NCBI GenBank assembly: GCA_028534125.1
Contig: CM052818.1
Coordinates: forward strand, 8,744,001 to 8,808,000
DNA: 64,000 nucleotides
Origin: Lama glama
Taxonomy: Eukaryota
Reading direction: 5' to 3'
This document shows, one piece after another, positions 13,473 through 25,390 of the stretch. Made by a program: the position numbers and the translations under genes. The notes beneath the pieces are model-generated. The model saw only the letters and a program-made list of their open reading frames with translations, made no database searches and was not told where the DNA came from. Position 1 is the stretch's first letter, and each line of letters opens with the position of its first letter.

Positions 13473-13597
13473 GGGAGGGTGTAGCTCAGGGGTAGACCGC
13501 ATGCTTAGCATGTGTGAGGTCCTGGGTTTAAGCTCCACTACCTCCATTAAATAAATAGATCAATACAACTAATTACTTCCCCCCCCAAAAAAGAGAG
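13473..13597 (+). mobile_element. tRNA-derived SINE (camelid Vic-1-like)
   Basis: gggagggtgtagctcaggggtaga...gaggtcctgggttt...cctccattaaataaa...ctaattacttcccc; Pol III A/B boxes plus A-rich tail. Confidence 0.85.
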
Positions 13598-13689
13598 AAA
13601 TTAGTTTTGCTTTCCTACTTATATGAATCAAATTCCTATAGTGTTTCAAACTTAGTTCAGACATTGATAGAGATCTTTGTAACAGATGA

Positions 13690-13880
13690 ATTTATTTAGC
13701 TCTCACTCTGTACTGAGGCACTGAGGTGCAATACACTCTCTATAATTAAGTTGGTTAATCCTTACAACCCTATGAGGTCCTTTACAGAGGCTAAAACAGA
13801 GAGGTTAAATGACTTACCTAAGGTCACACAGCTAGAAAACTGCAGAAGCAGGATTCAAACCCAAGCTGTGTAGCCCCAAA
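13690..13880 (-). mobile_element. MIR SINE
   Basis: aatccttacaaccctatgagg...agaggttaaatgacttacctaaggtcacacagctag...ggattcaaacccaag. Confidence 0.8.
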
Positions 13881-14879
13881 CTACACTTAAACCAAAACAC
13901 CTTGTAAGAGTGTATGTGTGCCTGACTCTTCAGCCTCAGCGTCAGCCACCTCACCTGTAAAATACCACCAGTTTCAGGATCCTTGAGGGATTGGCACCGG
14001 AGCATTCGTAAGCAGCAGTGTTTCATATAGTGGAGTCTGAACTGAACTGGCCCCCATGAGGAAAGCTTTATTTCTGAGAAAAAAAAAAAAACTGAACCAG
14101 AGAGATAACATGACAGAGTCAGAAAGGACTGGGGAGGCTGCCTCCTACAACCATTCTTCCATCCTTGGTTTGGAGGCTCAAACTTCCTTCTCCAGCTTTC
14201 TTTCATCACTTACAGTAATGAGTATGCTGTCCACAATGCAGTCCAATCTGTTGAAATACAGGGAGGTAAGTTCCTTACCAGTAAAACAAAAACTGACAGC
14301 TTTTCAAATACAGCAGCTGCCAAGTTACCCCTTTCAATAAACTTCCAGACTCCCGAATCCCCTGATACCCCTTCTGGGTTCCAGCTTGACAAAGCTTGTC
14401 AAAGCTGCCTTCAAAGTATGATGCTCAGAACAGAGCTGTGTCAGGCTGGGTATAACCACAGCAAAATAAAGGAAAACTGTCCCCTCCTTTCATCTGCATC
14501 TTCTACTTCTGTTAATGTGACCCAAATTTGCATTCTCTAAACAGTGTTAAAATAGCCATGCCTGTGATACAAGATCTCAGCTCCTAACCCCAATTACCCT
14601 CTATCCTTCAAAGCTGCCCCTTGATAGGGACTAAAAAGAGACTTTTGAGGAAATAAACACAGTGTTAGCTCTCCAGGCCAGAACAGACAAATAAGGCCAT
14701 GAAACCAAGTTTATGTGGCCCTCAAACCCACTAAAAGATTAAAACAATCTCAAGTCAAAGTCCCAGAGCTTTGCAGTATGAACCGTTCTGAAGCCTGAAA
14801 AGACTAACTCAGGCAACTCCTGCCCTGACTTCGGGGCTGCTTGGTGTTTCCCGCTCTTCCCTCCCCAGACACCTGGAGG

Positions 14880-15178
14880 AAGTAGAATTGTGCTTCCTGG
14901 ACCTCTGGTGTGGAGCGTGCTTGTGTGACTACTTCCAGCCCATGAGTTCCCTTCTGGGCCACAGCATTTAACTGCCAGTGCAAAGGCAGACCTTCCAGAG
15001 GCATCCAGAGACCGCCAGCTGGTACCCGAGGGAGAGCTTAGTATGAGCAGAGCCCACCTGCCAAATGTGATGGACTGTAGCTTGAGACAGAAAAACATCT
15101 TCCCTTGTTTTTAAGCCACTGAGATTGTGGTGGTGTTTGTTACCATAATATAACTCCGTGTTCTCTGACTGATATAAC
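14880..15178 (+). mobile_element. Old MaLR LTR fragment (MLT1-type)
   Basis: 3' end motif ttttaagccactgagattgtggtggtgtttgttacc...tgactgatata. Confidence 0.65.
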
Positions 15179-17454
15179 TCCATTATTAAATTCCTGAAAG
15201 GAATGGCGTCTCCCCCTCAACATTGCCTAGATACATCTCATGCCACCTGGCATCACCTAAGAACTGACACCCATCCCAACCCTTTTTCTTCCTCACCCCC
15301 TTTTTTTTTCTGATTGAGCTTACCAGCTTTATTTGAAGTGAAAATGCTTAGGATTATAGAAGCCTAGAAGTTCCTGATAAACCAGCAAGAAGACCTCCTC
15401 CTTAGGTCTTAGACAACAGCAGCTGTAGCAAGAATTTGAGCTATGACCCCCTGCAGGGAGCCACTGCCCTCCAGCTTCAGAGGTGCAGGGGCCACCCAAC
15501 CCGACCGTGAGCCTGCAGCGGGGAAGGATGGCTGAAGGAAGGGAGAAAGATACCATTGAAAACAAACTGAGATTTTGTGCAGCCCTGGGGCTAAGTTCAA
15601 GGTCTCCTGAGGAACAGTCCTCTGCTTGGTGAAACTGGTTCATTCCAGGCAGAGCCAAACCAGGAAACGAAATTCCATAAACAGCCTCCCAGACAGGCAC
15701 CTCCAGCTACGGATGTGCAGTCACCGTTCTCCTACTGGTCACGGCAGGAAGTGAATAGCATGGTCTTACTTTAAAAGTGAACAAGCTGCTGCAATTTTGC
15801 TCTTTGCTCTGTGAGTCATGGGGAAGTGACACCCTGCAGAGCAGCCGTAGACCCAGAATGTCTGAGACACAGGGCTGCCCAGCATCTGCCAGGCTTCCTT
15901 CCCGTTTGCTGCACAGTCACTTCAGTGCAGGGGCCTCCATCTACCTCCCCACCTCCGCTACCACCACACACTGGGGCCCCAGGTGCACCTTCTGTTTAGA
16001 ACACGTATGTTTTGTCTCATCTCTGTGGAGAAAGGAGTCGGGCAGAAGGGGTGTGAAGAAAGGATAAGGAACAGAAGACTCAGTGAGTGAGTCACTGAGA
16101 GGCGGCACTAATCCGCCCCAAAGAAGACGTAAGAATCACCTTGCGCTGTTCTTAAGGAACAAAGCTACTGACTTCCCAGGAGGCTCTCCATTCATATGTC
16201 ACCACCTCCAGAAGCTTCCCTCCTGCTCCTCCCATAACTCCTCTTTCCTCTGGTCACCCTTGGAGCCCCAGGACCCCTGGGGCTGACAGCAGTTACACAT
16301 GGCATTTGTCTTGCTGCATGTGGCCGTCCGTGGCTCTCTCGCACACCCTTCTATGAACTTCCCATGGCAGAGACCTGCTGTCCACCAGTGGCTACCACCC
16401 CATGGCAGCCTCAAAGGCCGCTGGGTGGAGTGTGAAGGTTCGGTGTTGATGGCCTCTGTGCCAGGATACAGAAGCAGAGATCTCTGGGACCCAACGTGTG
16501 CTTCTTTCCCACCCTGACCCAGACCTGGGAAGCAGAATATCCAATCCATGCTTTATCAGCAAGAAAGGAAATAGTGGCACTTGGAACAGATGGCAAGGCC
16601 TTGGAGAGGCTCTTCCTGGGCCCTGGCCATCCTGCTGCAGAGCCTTCAGCAGGGGGTGGAATGTGAGTCACTGTCCCCCACGGGCCTTCCTCACCCTGCC
16701 CCCCTCAGGCCCCTGGAGCCTCTCACCGTGGCCTCCGTTCTCGGAGACCAGCTCTACAATCCTGACACCAGGCAGCCTGGAGAGAACTGGTGAGGCCCAA
16801 CATCTAGGCTCTGTGACAGCCCAGCTCCACCCTCCAGTGTGCAAGGCCCGGGCACCCCAGAAAGGAAGGAATCCCAGGCACTGACGTAGTGCCAAATCAG
16901 AGGAAGCTGGCCACAGCCTTTACCCCGTAAAGAGACAGAGTTCCTCAATTCTCCTGCAGAAGTTAGAGCTGCCAAGTTAACCAGACATGAGCAGGAAAGA
17001 AAATGTGAGAGTGACTCCCCTGGCTCTCAGGGGACTAGGAGCTCTGAGACTCTCCCACTGCAGAACCGCATGGTGACTGCGGCACATGATTGCAAGGACA
17101 AGGTGGCTGTGCACCCCTCCCCCTCCAAAGAAAACCAAGATGGAGTGACAACAGTGAAACCTGCCAGTGGCTAGTTGACTCAGGGTGGCCACTAAGGCCT
17201 GGCAGCAGGGAAATGGGGACGTGAGTCTGCGACGCCTGTTCTGAGAGCCCTGGATGGGTCACTGTGCTGCGGAGTTGGTGGGTGCTGGGCTATCAGTGAA
17301 AGCACACCCTCTTTAAAGGAAAGCATGCCCAGTTGAGGCCTGGAGCAGGGATCCACCAGCTACAGCTGGCAGGACGCAACCAGCTGCTGCCTGTTTCTGC
17401 AAGTAAAGTTTTATTTAAATACATCCCTTTATATGAATGCTGGAGATATTCTAG

Positions 17455-17610
17455 AATCTGTCCTGCCCAATACAGTAGCCACTAGCCACCTGTCGCTATT
17501 GAGAACATAAAATGTGGCTCATGTGTCTGAGAACTAAATTTCTAACTTCACGTTTTAATTAATTTTAAGTAGCTACATGTGGCTAGTGGTTATCATAATA
17601 GACAATGCAG
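17455..17610. mobile_element. hAT-Charlie MER3/MER33-like element
   Basis: ccaatacagtagccactagccacctgtcgctattgag...aagtagctacatgtggctagtggttatcataatagaca. Confidence 0.75.
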
Positions 17611-17639
17611 CAGAGATTAAGATCAAGCACTTTGAGTAG

Positions 17640-18255
17640 AAGACAACAAAAAACCAATTTACACCCAGAGAACGATTGGAATTATCAGATAAGCATAGTC
17701 ATGTGGGGAAATGGTTAAAGAAATAACATAATCAAAGCAAAAACACTATTAGGAATAAATGGGCAGATTAAAAAGTAAGTGACTTTCTAGAAATGAAGAA
17801 CTGAAATAAAACTCCACAGCTACTGATGCATTTCAAGTAAATTGCAGGTATCAAAAAATAAGATGAATAGGTAGATAGAAAAGTAGATATGATAGAGTGG
17901 AGTAAAATGTCAATAGAATACAGGTAGTAGGTATATGGATACTTACTGTAAACATCTTTTAATAGTTCTTTTGGTCATATGTTTGAAAATTTAAAATAAT
18001 AAGTGTCAGGAAAAAATAACCAAGTAAATCTTCTATGATGTAGCACAGAGACAGGGAGATGAAAACGTGAGAGAAGTGAAGAGATTTGGAGGATTGAATA
18101 AGAGATTTAGAGGGCTGAGTAAGAAAGTCTTAGCTGTCTAACTGGAGTCCCAGAAAAAACGAGAGGAAAAGAAATTATCTGAGGAAGAAATGGCTGCAAG
18201 TTTTCTTGAACAGATGGAAAACTGCATCTACAGATCCAGGATGTACAAAGTAGTA
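17640..18255 (+). mobile_element. Ancient L1 fragments
   Basis: A-rich purine-biased tract with L1 ORF1-region-like motifs (aactggagtcccagaa; ctacagatccagga). Confidence 0.55.
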
Positions 18256-18257
18256 TT

Positions 18258-18780
18258 AACGGTGGCTGTAAAAACTCTGCCACTCCACCCACTGAAAGGT
18301 GGAGTCTGCTTCCTCTCCCTTTGCAGCTGCACTGGCTTCAGCAGCTGACCTGCTCACTAGGCCACAGTGGAAGTCACACTGCGTGGCACCTGAGGCTACA
18401 TCAAGCCCATCAGCTTCCATCTTGGTCCCTTGGAAAGCTGTTCTGGGGAAAGCCAGTCACCCTGTAATCTGACTAAATCTGACAAAACAGCTCTCAAAAC
18501 TATATAAAGAGGGAGACATCTGAGGCCAGCCCTGCAGCTGTCTCCACCAACTTTCATGCTATAAATGCATTCAAGCAAAACCACCTTGGACCCTCCAGAC
18601 CAGCTCAAACTTCAGTTAAGCATCACCAAGAAACTCCAGGCCATCCCACGTGCAGCGGGGGACTACCCCAGTTAAGATCTGCCTAAATTTCTGACCCACA
18701 AAAGTAGGATGAAAAAAATGGTTGTTTCTTTAAGCTACTAAGCTTTGGGGCAGTTGGTTATGCAACAAAACCAGGAGACT
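18258..18780 (+). mobile_element. MaLR LTR (MLT1G/H-like)
   Basis: ccactccacccactgaaaggtggagtctg...aatttctgacccacaa...ttaagctactaagctttggggcagttggttatgcaac. Confidence 0.8.
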
Positions 18781-18966
18781 AATTCAGAAGCAAAAGGACA
18801 CAGAGAACCATCCAACCTTCTTCATTCAAGTAGCCTTGCTACTTCTGTACTCTTTCTGCTGTAGGATGTAGGTGGAAGCAAGCTCCCACTCAAACTCAAG
18901 AAGTGAGTACCAGCCATTGCCCCACTAGGAACTGCTTCCTTGGGCTCAGGCCAGGAAGTACTCACT

Positions 18967-20223
18967 AATCTTCAGGATGCTAGCTCTGCTCCAGCCAGAC
19001 TTGGAGAGGGAGCCGGGAAAGCCATTGAGCTCTGCAGAAGGCTTCATGTTAGTCTGTGGAAAGCTTGGATCTTGCCTCGAGAGGGCACAGCAGAGAGACC
19101 AGCAGCCACTCTGGTCGTTCCTTGACTGGACAAGCCCTGGAATGTGGCTGGACTTGGGGAGCCAAGAGAGGGGTCCCTGTCTGGGACCTCCCCTCCAGTC
19201 TCAGACAGGGCATCCAAAGGCAACTGTCAACATGACACCAGCCATGAAGCTAGTGTAGACATCCCCGTGGCCCCCTTTGGTATCCCAGGACCTCTGTGGT
19301 AGGCTGAGGGTGGGGATACCAGGGAGGGTTGGGGAACACACTCAAGGGCAGTTGTGTCTAGAGGAACTTGGTGGGTGGCCACTGTCATCATCGCTTTGGC
19401 CATTGGTTCTGTGGCCAGCCCCTCTGGACGCCAGGAAGTGTGTCTCTTTCTGTAAGATGCCCATGATACAGCATGAAGAGACACTCTCAGGTCTCTGGGG
19501 CAGGCTGTCTGTCCTGGATCTGTCCTGGTTCTGGAAGGAGTGAGGTCAAGGCCATCCAAGGACAAGCCATGCCTGTGCCTCAGAGGGAACCACTTGAAGG
19601 CCATGGAGAGAGTGGGTGGTGTCAACACTTCGCCACCCGGAGATGCAGCTACCTAGGTGACTCCTGCCTCCCTGGAGATGAGCCCAGCACTTAGCCAAAC
19701 AAAAAGACCTTGAAGCAGAAGTTGGGAGCAGCAAGAATCCCCCAAAGCAAGTCAGCCAGAGAGCTCTCAGCTGAAGGCACAGGAGAAGAGGACTGGAGAG
19801 AGGAGAGAGCTGTGAGATGACAGGGACAGGATACGGCCTGCCCTCCAGGGACAGCAGCGCCTCCTCCAGGAAAGCTCTCCACCACCTGCAAAGGGCTAGG
19901 AGAAAGTGGCACCCCTTCCTGGGTGCAGTCCTTTCCCATGATCCCAAATCTGAGTGGTTAGCTGATCTGGTGAGTCCGGGGGTGGGCCCTGTGGCTGGTC
20001 CATCCTCTGAAGTGCCTGCCAGCCTTCCTCATTCTACAAGTAAGGACCGAACTGCCCGGTGAGTGGCTTGCTATAGGAGTCACAGCACAGGAAGGGGCTC
20101 TGCATTGGCTGAGGGCCAGGCAAGGATGCTTTGTTCTGGGGTCTCTGGCCACTTCAGATCAAAGACTGCTATTTCCACTGGGGCTGGAGAAGAGGCTCTT
20201 TTTCAAAGGTCCTTCACACTTAC
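18967..20223 (-). pseudogene. Possible relic Ser/Thr/Pro-rich (mucin-like stalk) coding tract following the CUB domain
   Basis: ~1.2 kb with no repeat I recognise; minus-strand translations are S/T/P-rich (e.g. LSSLQSSSPVPSAESS; TVATHQVPLDTTALECVPQPSLVSPPS; DPSLGSPSPATFQGLSSQGTT), are interrupted by stops, and end near a GTGAGT donor-like site at ~18965. Confidence 0.35.
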
Positions 20224-20860
20224 CTATTGTGATTTGGTGGCCAGGATGCCGTCTCTCGCAGGCTTGGTGAGTAACAAAAAGGAGCTTGGCTAAACCAGAT
20301 GGGGCACAGAAGTTCTAGAAACCCTGTTTCTTTTCTGTTTGAGTCTCTGGTCCAGGGGAACTAACAGTGGGTTTGCAGGAAGGTCTTAGAAACGGGCTGC
20401 GAGACTGTGTAACCTGAGGCTTCATGAACTTTTTCCATAAATCTGCTCTGCAATCATAGAAGACATAACACTTCCCTCTGAAAGGCTTGCATCTCCCACC
20501 TCGAGCATAGTTCTGAGATAGCAGGAGCCCATGCACAGCCAGCGCTTGCAGGGCACAGACGGGCACCCTTTTCTTTCAACAGTGTGGACCACACCACATT
20601 CTACCACAGGGGAGATCCTCGAGATGCAGTCTGATCCAGGTTTGCCCCGCAGTCATCCCTTCCTGTGACCATAAACCGATTGACATGGACAACAGTCCAT
20701 GTCCAGCTCTGGGGGCCAGCCCAGATGGTCCAGCTGCACCAGATGTTCTGAGGAAACTGACTTGGCATCATCGGGATGGAGAATTCACCCATCTTATCTT
20801 TCAGGACCACATAGCAGCATTTCATGGGGACGTAGATTTCTGTCCAAAAAGGTCTGAGTC
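20224..20860 (-). pseudogene. Disabled CUB-domain exon of a putative unitary pseudogene (extracellular/membrane CUB-EGF-mucin-type protein)
   Basis: Acceptor tgttttttctcctgcag|GA (phase 1, exon starts 20860). Frame 1: ...MKCCYVVLKDKMGEFSIPMMPSQFPQNIWCSWTIWAGPQSWTWTVVHVNRFMVTGRDDCGANLDQTASRG. After a shift: ISPVVECGVVHT. After a second shift: C*KKRVPVCALQALAVHGLLLSQNYARGGRCKPFRGKCYVF. Matches the CUB pattern C-x(8)-G-x-F-S...P-x-N-x-x-C-x-W-x-I...C...D...C...F-x-x-x-x-Y with four Cys. Candidate donor ATAG|GTAAGT after 20224 is also phase 1; a further in-frame TAG lies at 20317-20315. Confidence 0.8.
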
Positions 20861-21302
20861 CTGCAGGAGAAAAAACACAGTGGAGATATTGGGAAGAAAC
20901 CCTGTTCAGATGAGTGCTCTGAAGAGCAAAACTCCTATTTTTCTTTTTCACTTCTTTCCTGTGCCTGGCCCAGGAGACTAGCGCCTTCAAGTTGTTGAGG
21001 GGAAAGTGTGAAGAGAGCTTGTTGAAGAAATAAGAGCAAAAAGGCAGCCCATCCAAGTCGTAGGAGATGACACTCCCTTCATCTGGCATTTAGGACTGAC
21101 TCCCTCAAAGGGGAGAGGTGTAGGTGGATGAGGGGTGGGGCCTGAAGTCACTCACAGAGGAAATCCATCTTCATAGGAGACGTAGTAAAGTCAGCTCTGG
21201 CCCCAGCTGAGAACAGGCAGGTGAGGACAACACTCAGCAGGAAGACCACGGCGAGAAGTTGTAAAGACTACGCCCAGCTCAGCCATTTGCCACCTGGCAT
21301 AT

Positions 21303-22017
21303 TGTGATTTATGATTATGTATTTGGTCTTCCCTGCTCCTGGCAGAGCTCCTAAAACTCTGGAACTTCCTAAACGAAGAGATTAATGCATGTGTCTTTTA
21401 TGTTAATGAGGTGACTTTTGGATCCCTAGGTCACCTTCAGATGGGGGCTGGTTTCCAGGGAAACCAACCAGGCAATGAGAGGGTTAGTACTTTCAGTCCC
21501 ACCACAGCACCTCGGAGGAGGAAAGAGGGACTGGAAGCTGATTTCAATCACCAACAGCTGATGACTTAATCAGTCATGGAAAGAAGCCTCCGTGAACACC
21601 CAGAAGGATGCAGAGAGCTTCCAGGTAGCAAACGCATGGAGGTGCGGGGAGAGGGGTACCCTCTGAGAGCTGGAAGCTCTGTGCCCCTTTCCCCATGCCT
21701 TGCACTATGCATCTCTTCTTCCTGGCTTTTCCTGGGTTATGTATAACCACTAATCTAATAAGTAAGCCACCTTCCTGGGTTCTGTAACCCATTCCAGAAA
21801 ATTAATGAAACCTAAGGGCAGGGTCATGGGAACCTCTGATTTACAGCCAGCATCATAAGCACAAGTAACAACCTGACCTTGTGACTGACATCTGAAGTGA
21901 GGGCAGTCTGTGGGACTGAGCCCTTAACCAGGGGGATCTGACACTATCCCCAGGTAGATAGTTACAAAATTGAGTTGAATTGTGGGACACCTAGCTGGTG
22001 GTGAATTGCTTGGTGGT

Positions 22018-22020
<3 letters not shown>
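21303..22020 (+). mobile_element. ERV LTR (MER21-like)
   Basis: gagctcctaaaactct...tactttcagtcccacc...ctgtgggactgagcccttaacc...aattgagttgaattgtgggacacctagctggtg. Confidence 0.8.

Positions 22021-22070
<50 letters not shown>
22021..22070. repeat. (AC)25 microsatellite
   Basis: Perfect dinucleotide run. Confidence 0.98.
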
Positions 22071-22072
<2 letters not shown>

Positions 22073-22559
22073 CCATCCAAAGCTCCCCAGCAGGCAGAAA
22101 GCTCTCTGAAGGAGTAGCTATTATCAGGCAAGTAGCTTCACTCCCTGAATCTCAGTTTCTTTATCTTGAAGACTGCCATTTCTATTTCAAAGGGTTTTAG
22201 CTAAGGTTTAATCCATAGCATGCTTTTCATGTTCTTCCAACTGTTTTTATTCTATTGGGAGCGGATGGGGTTGGGAGATTCAGAGAAGCTTAGACACAGC
22301 CCTTGAGAACACACTTCTGTGATGGGCAAAATAATGACACTTACAAGGAGAAAAGCATACGAGACAGCCTCTGATGGCCTACGAGGAGCTTAGAGGAAGG
22401 GAGAGAGCTTCCAGGTGGTCCCCACGCGCTCTGTGGGTGTGGAACTAAACAAAAAGGCAGGCTCCAGTCGCCTAAACTCAGAAGCCACTGAGCCGACTCC
22501 TACCAACCCCAAAGGAATCCCCCCGCGTGGCCTTTTGACTTTTCCTTCAGCTCAGCTCC

Positions 22560-23190
22560 TCCCTAGAATTCACCTACTTTTTCTTCCCCTCTCTGTAATC
22601 ACATCTCTCACCTGGATTATTCCAGTACCTTCCTAACTCACTTCTCTGCTTCTTCTCTTATGGAATGGTCCACTCTTCAGAGTGGTTTTGTTCAGAGAGA
22701 CACCACACCGTTCACGTCCTCAAAACCCCCCAGTGGCCTGCCCTCGCTCAGGGAAACCCTGACACCTGAACACCCGTTGCCTCCCGGGCCTGCATCCCTT
22801 CACCTCGCACTGGCTTCCCTTCAGTTCTTAGAACATTCTCCCACCTCAGGGGCCTGGCACTTCTGTTCCCCATCCCCGGGGCACTCCCCTTCAAGTTCCC
22901 ATGGCTTTCTCCCTCATTTCAACCAGGTTTCTGCTCGAATATCACCTAAGAGAAAGCTTCTCTAACCACAGTCCAAAAAAGACCACTTCTCATCACTAAC
23001 ATTTTTCTTCCCCAAACCTGGAACTACTAGATATTTTCATGTTTAGTCAATGGATCATGCCCCGACTGGGACATAAGCTGCACGGACGAACCTACTTTGG
23101 TTTGTTGGCTGCTGCATTCCCTCCGCTTAGAACAGAAGGGTGCCCGGCAACGGCGGCTGTTCATCAAACATTGGCTGAACGTGTGAATAA
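22560..23190 (+). mobile_element. L2 fragment
   Basis: tctcacctggattattccagtacc...cccacctcaggggcctggcac...ttcatcaaacattggctgaacgtgtgaat. Confidence 0.75.
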
Positions 23191-23357
23191 GACTCTGTCA
23201 ACTATTCAACACGGTGTCACTTGGACAGGACAAGAGGTCCGTAATCATAAAACCATAGACCAGTGGGAGAGCAGTGACACATCCTAGAATAAGCATGTCC
23301 CTTGTCCCTGACTATAATAACCAGAGTCCACTTGGCAGATAAGGGTGCAGAGTAGGA

Positions 23358-23530
23358 CAGTGGCCCTCAAACGAGTGAGCTCGTTTGCAGGAGGGCTTGG
23401 AAAGCCTGAGATTACGGGACCCTGCCGTCCAGAGTTTGATTCAGGAGGTGGGGCCTGAGATTCTGCATGTCTAACAAGTCCCCAGGTGATGCTAATGACC
23501 CTGGTCGGGGGCCCTCACTGTGAGAACTAT
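23358..23530. mobile_element. MER5A-like hAT-Charlie element
   Basis: gggcctgagattctgcatgtctaacaagtccccaggtgatgctaatg...ctcactgtgagaac. Confidence 0.8.
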
Positions 23531-24339
23531 TAAAAGAAATGAAAATTGTTTCCTTTCCTGCCCAGAGAATCCCAGGGTGAGACTTATTTCAAGAAAGCCA
23601 CTGTGCCTGCCCAACCTTACACCACGTGGATCCTAACAGCTGATCTTTGTTCACCATTTTGTCATCTCCTCTTTTAACATCTTCACTCACCTTTGCTGAA
23701 GGGGCCCCTCCCCGATCCTCTTAGCTAAGTTCTTCCAAACTCAAGTCTCACCTCCTCTGTGGAGCCTTCCGTGACTGCACCGGCCCATGATGCCCTCCCC
23801 CTTCTTTGTGCCTGTGGAAATGCTCTCTCGGTTTAGGTGCCAGATCATTTTTCTCATCATTCGTTTTCCTCATACATCCCATGCTTGTCTCACCTCGTCT
23901 CAGACCAGAAGCAGAAGCAAGTCCAAGTTGTGACCATCTACTCTGAGGGCTCAGAACCATGGCAGGAACAAGGTCCCACACAGCCTGCTGCTACGTGCCC
24001 CTACCACCCAGAGATGAGACCCAGGCTTGGGAACTCCCCACCCATGGAGCAGCCCTCACGAGTATCTAGTGAGCACCAGGACATCACTTCATCTGGGTCT
24101 TTAGGGTCCCCAGGACAGCCGAAGACAGAAGGAAATGACAGCAGAAAATTCATTCTTCACTCAGAAACTTCTAAATTCAGGCCGGCCAGAAATACACCAC
24201 CCAGAAACATACCAGGAGTAGCATGCTCTTTTGTCCTGTCTCCTGGGGCCAACACAACAGACGTCAAAGGCAGAGAGTGTATCAGAGCCATGCAGATGGG
24301 GTTCAACCAGACGGAGACACCTGGTGACCAGCAGGTATT

Positions 24340-24520
24340 TCGCAGTTCTCGGTGTTGATGGCTACACATTATAGTCACCTGGGAAGCGTGTACACGTCCA
24401 GATACCCAGGCCCCACTCAAAACCAATTAAGTCAGAATCTCTGGGGGTGGGACCCAGGGCTTGGTATTTTTTAAGCTCCCCAGGTAACTCCCATGTTCAG
24501 CCAAAATTGAGCAAAGCTGT
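24340..24520. mobile_element. MER5-like hAT-Charlie element
   Basis: gtcacctgggaagc...ccaattaagtcagaatctctgggggtgggacccagg...aagctccccaggt. Confidence 0.8.
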
Positions 24521-25279
24521 TATATTCTCTCCTAACTCAGGAATGTCAGCGTAGACATGGCACATTCTCCATCTTACTGGAGTCATTCATTTGGGCCCTT
24601 AGGATGGTCCTGGTGCTTGGCAGTCACGTGTTGCTCAGTTCTGAGACATGACTCTGCACAGGGACAAGGAATACTTAAGTAGAGATCAAATACTGGGCTT
24701 CTTGCCATGTCTGACCTCAGGATTGTATTGTTGTACCAAAGGGTATCAGTTTTGAGTTTCTAGTAAGGCCAAGAGCCGCGCCCCCGGCCCTAACGCTAAA
24801 GCCAGCGTTTGGTTACAAGCAATGCTGCGCAGAGGCTGGGGGAGGCTTTTTTACGGAAGAAACAACCAGCCTCATCTGCCTGCAGCAGGCTTGGCCCCAG
24901 GCTGACTCTGATCTTACTTCCTCTGCATTTCCCGGAGTTTTGGAGACATCAGAGTGAGAGAATTTGTCCTGGTCTTAGGGGTCATGATTTGATGACTGCC
25001 TTGCTCATTTTCTCAAAGCCAAAGTCCCCCAGTATTGATGACAACATAGACTTATACCCATTCTGTGAACATACCTGACTCATCTGTGTCCCAGTGTCAT
25101 CCACCTCTTGAAGAGCTTTTGCACCTGGGTCCCTATTGTTTCTTGGCCTGAGGTGTGGGCCCAGCTCCCCCACAGATGACAGGTGTCCTGAGGTCAGTGG
25201 CTAAGCCCTACTGGGCAGTCGTAACCACGCAGGGTCTCCGGGGCCGCTGATGGGTTGGCAGAAGTATCTGAAGAGGAAG

Positions 25280-25390
25280 GCTGTTCTTCCCCCCGCAGGG
25301 CTCTGTTGAGAACCCAGGATTAAGGGCACGGGCATGGCCACAGTGAGAGCGCAGCTTGCGTGGACATCACAAGCGCCACTCACTGATGTC
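25280..25390 (-). pseudogene. Decayed calcium-binding EGF-like exon (probably the same pseudogene, upstream of the CUB exon)
   Basis: Across shifted frames reads DISE(W) / ACDVHASC / GHARALNPGFSTEPCGGKNS. H-A-R-A-L-N-P-G-F has the exact Y-x-C-x-C-x-P-G-F spacing (CAT and CGT are single transitions from TAT and TGT). GKNS is one substitution from GKNC. Confidence 0.55.

Noticed and set aside
16199..16549. Cys/Trp-rich minus-strand ORF as another extracellular module
   Set aside because: Cys spacing fits no module I recognise, despite an acceptor-like site.
20861..21089. N-terminal part of the 162-aa ORF preceding the CUB
   Set aside because: Lies upstream of a strong polypyrimidine/AG acceptor; best read as intron that happens to be open.
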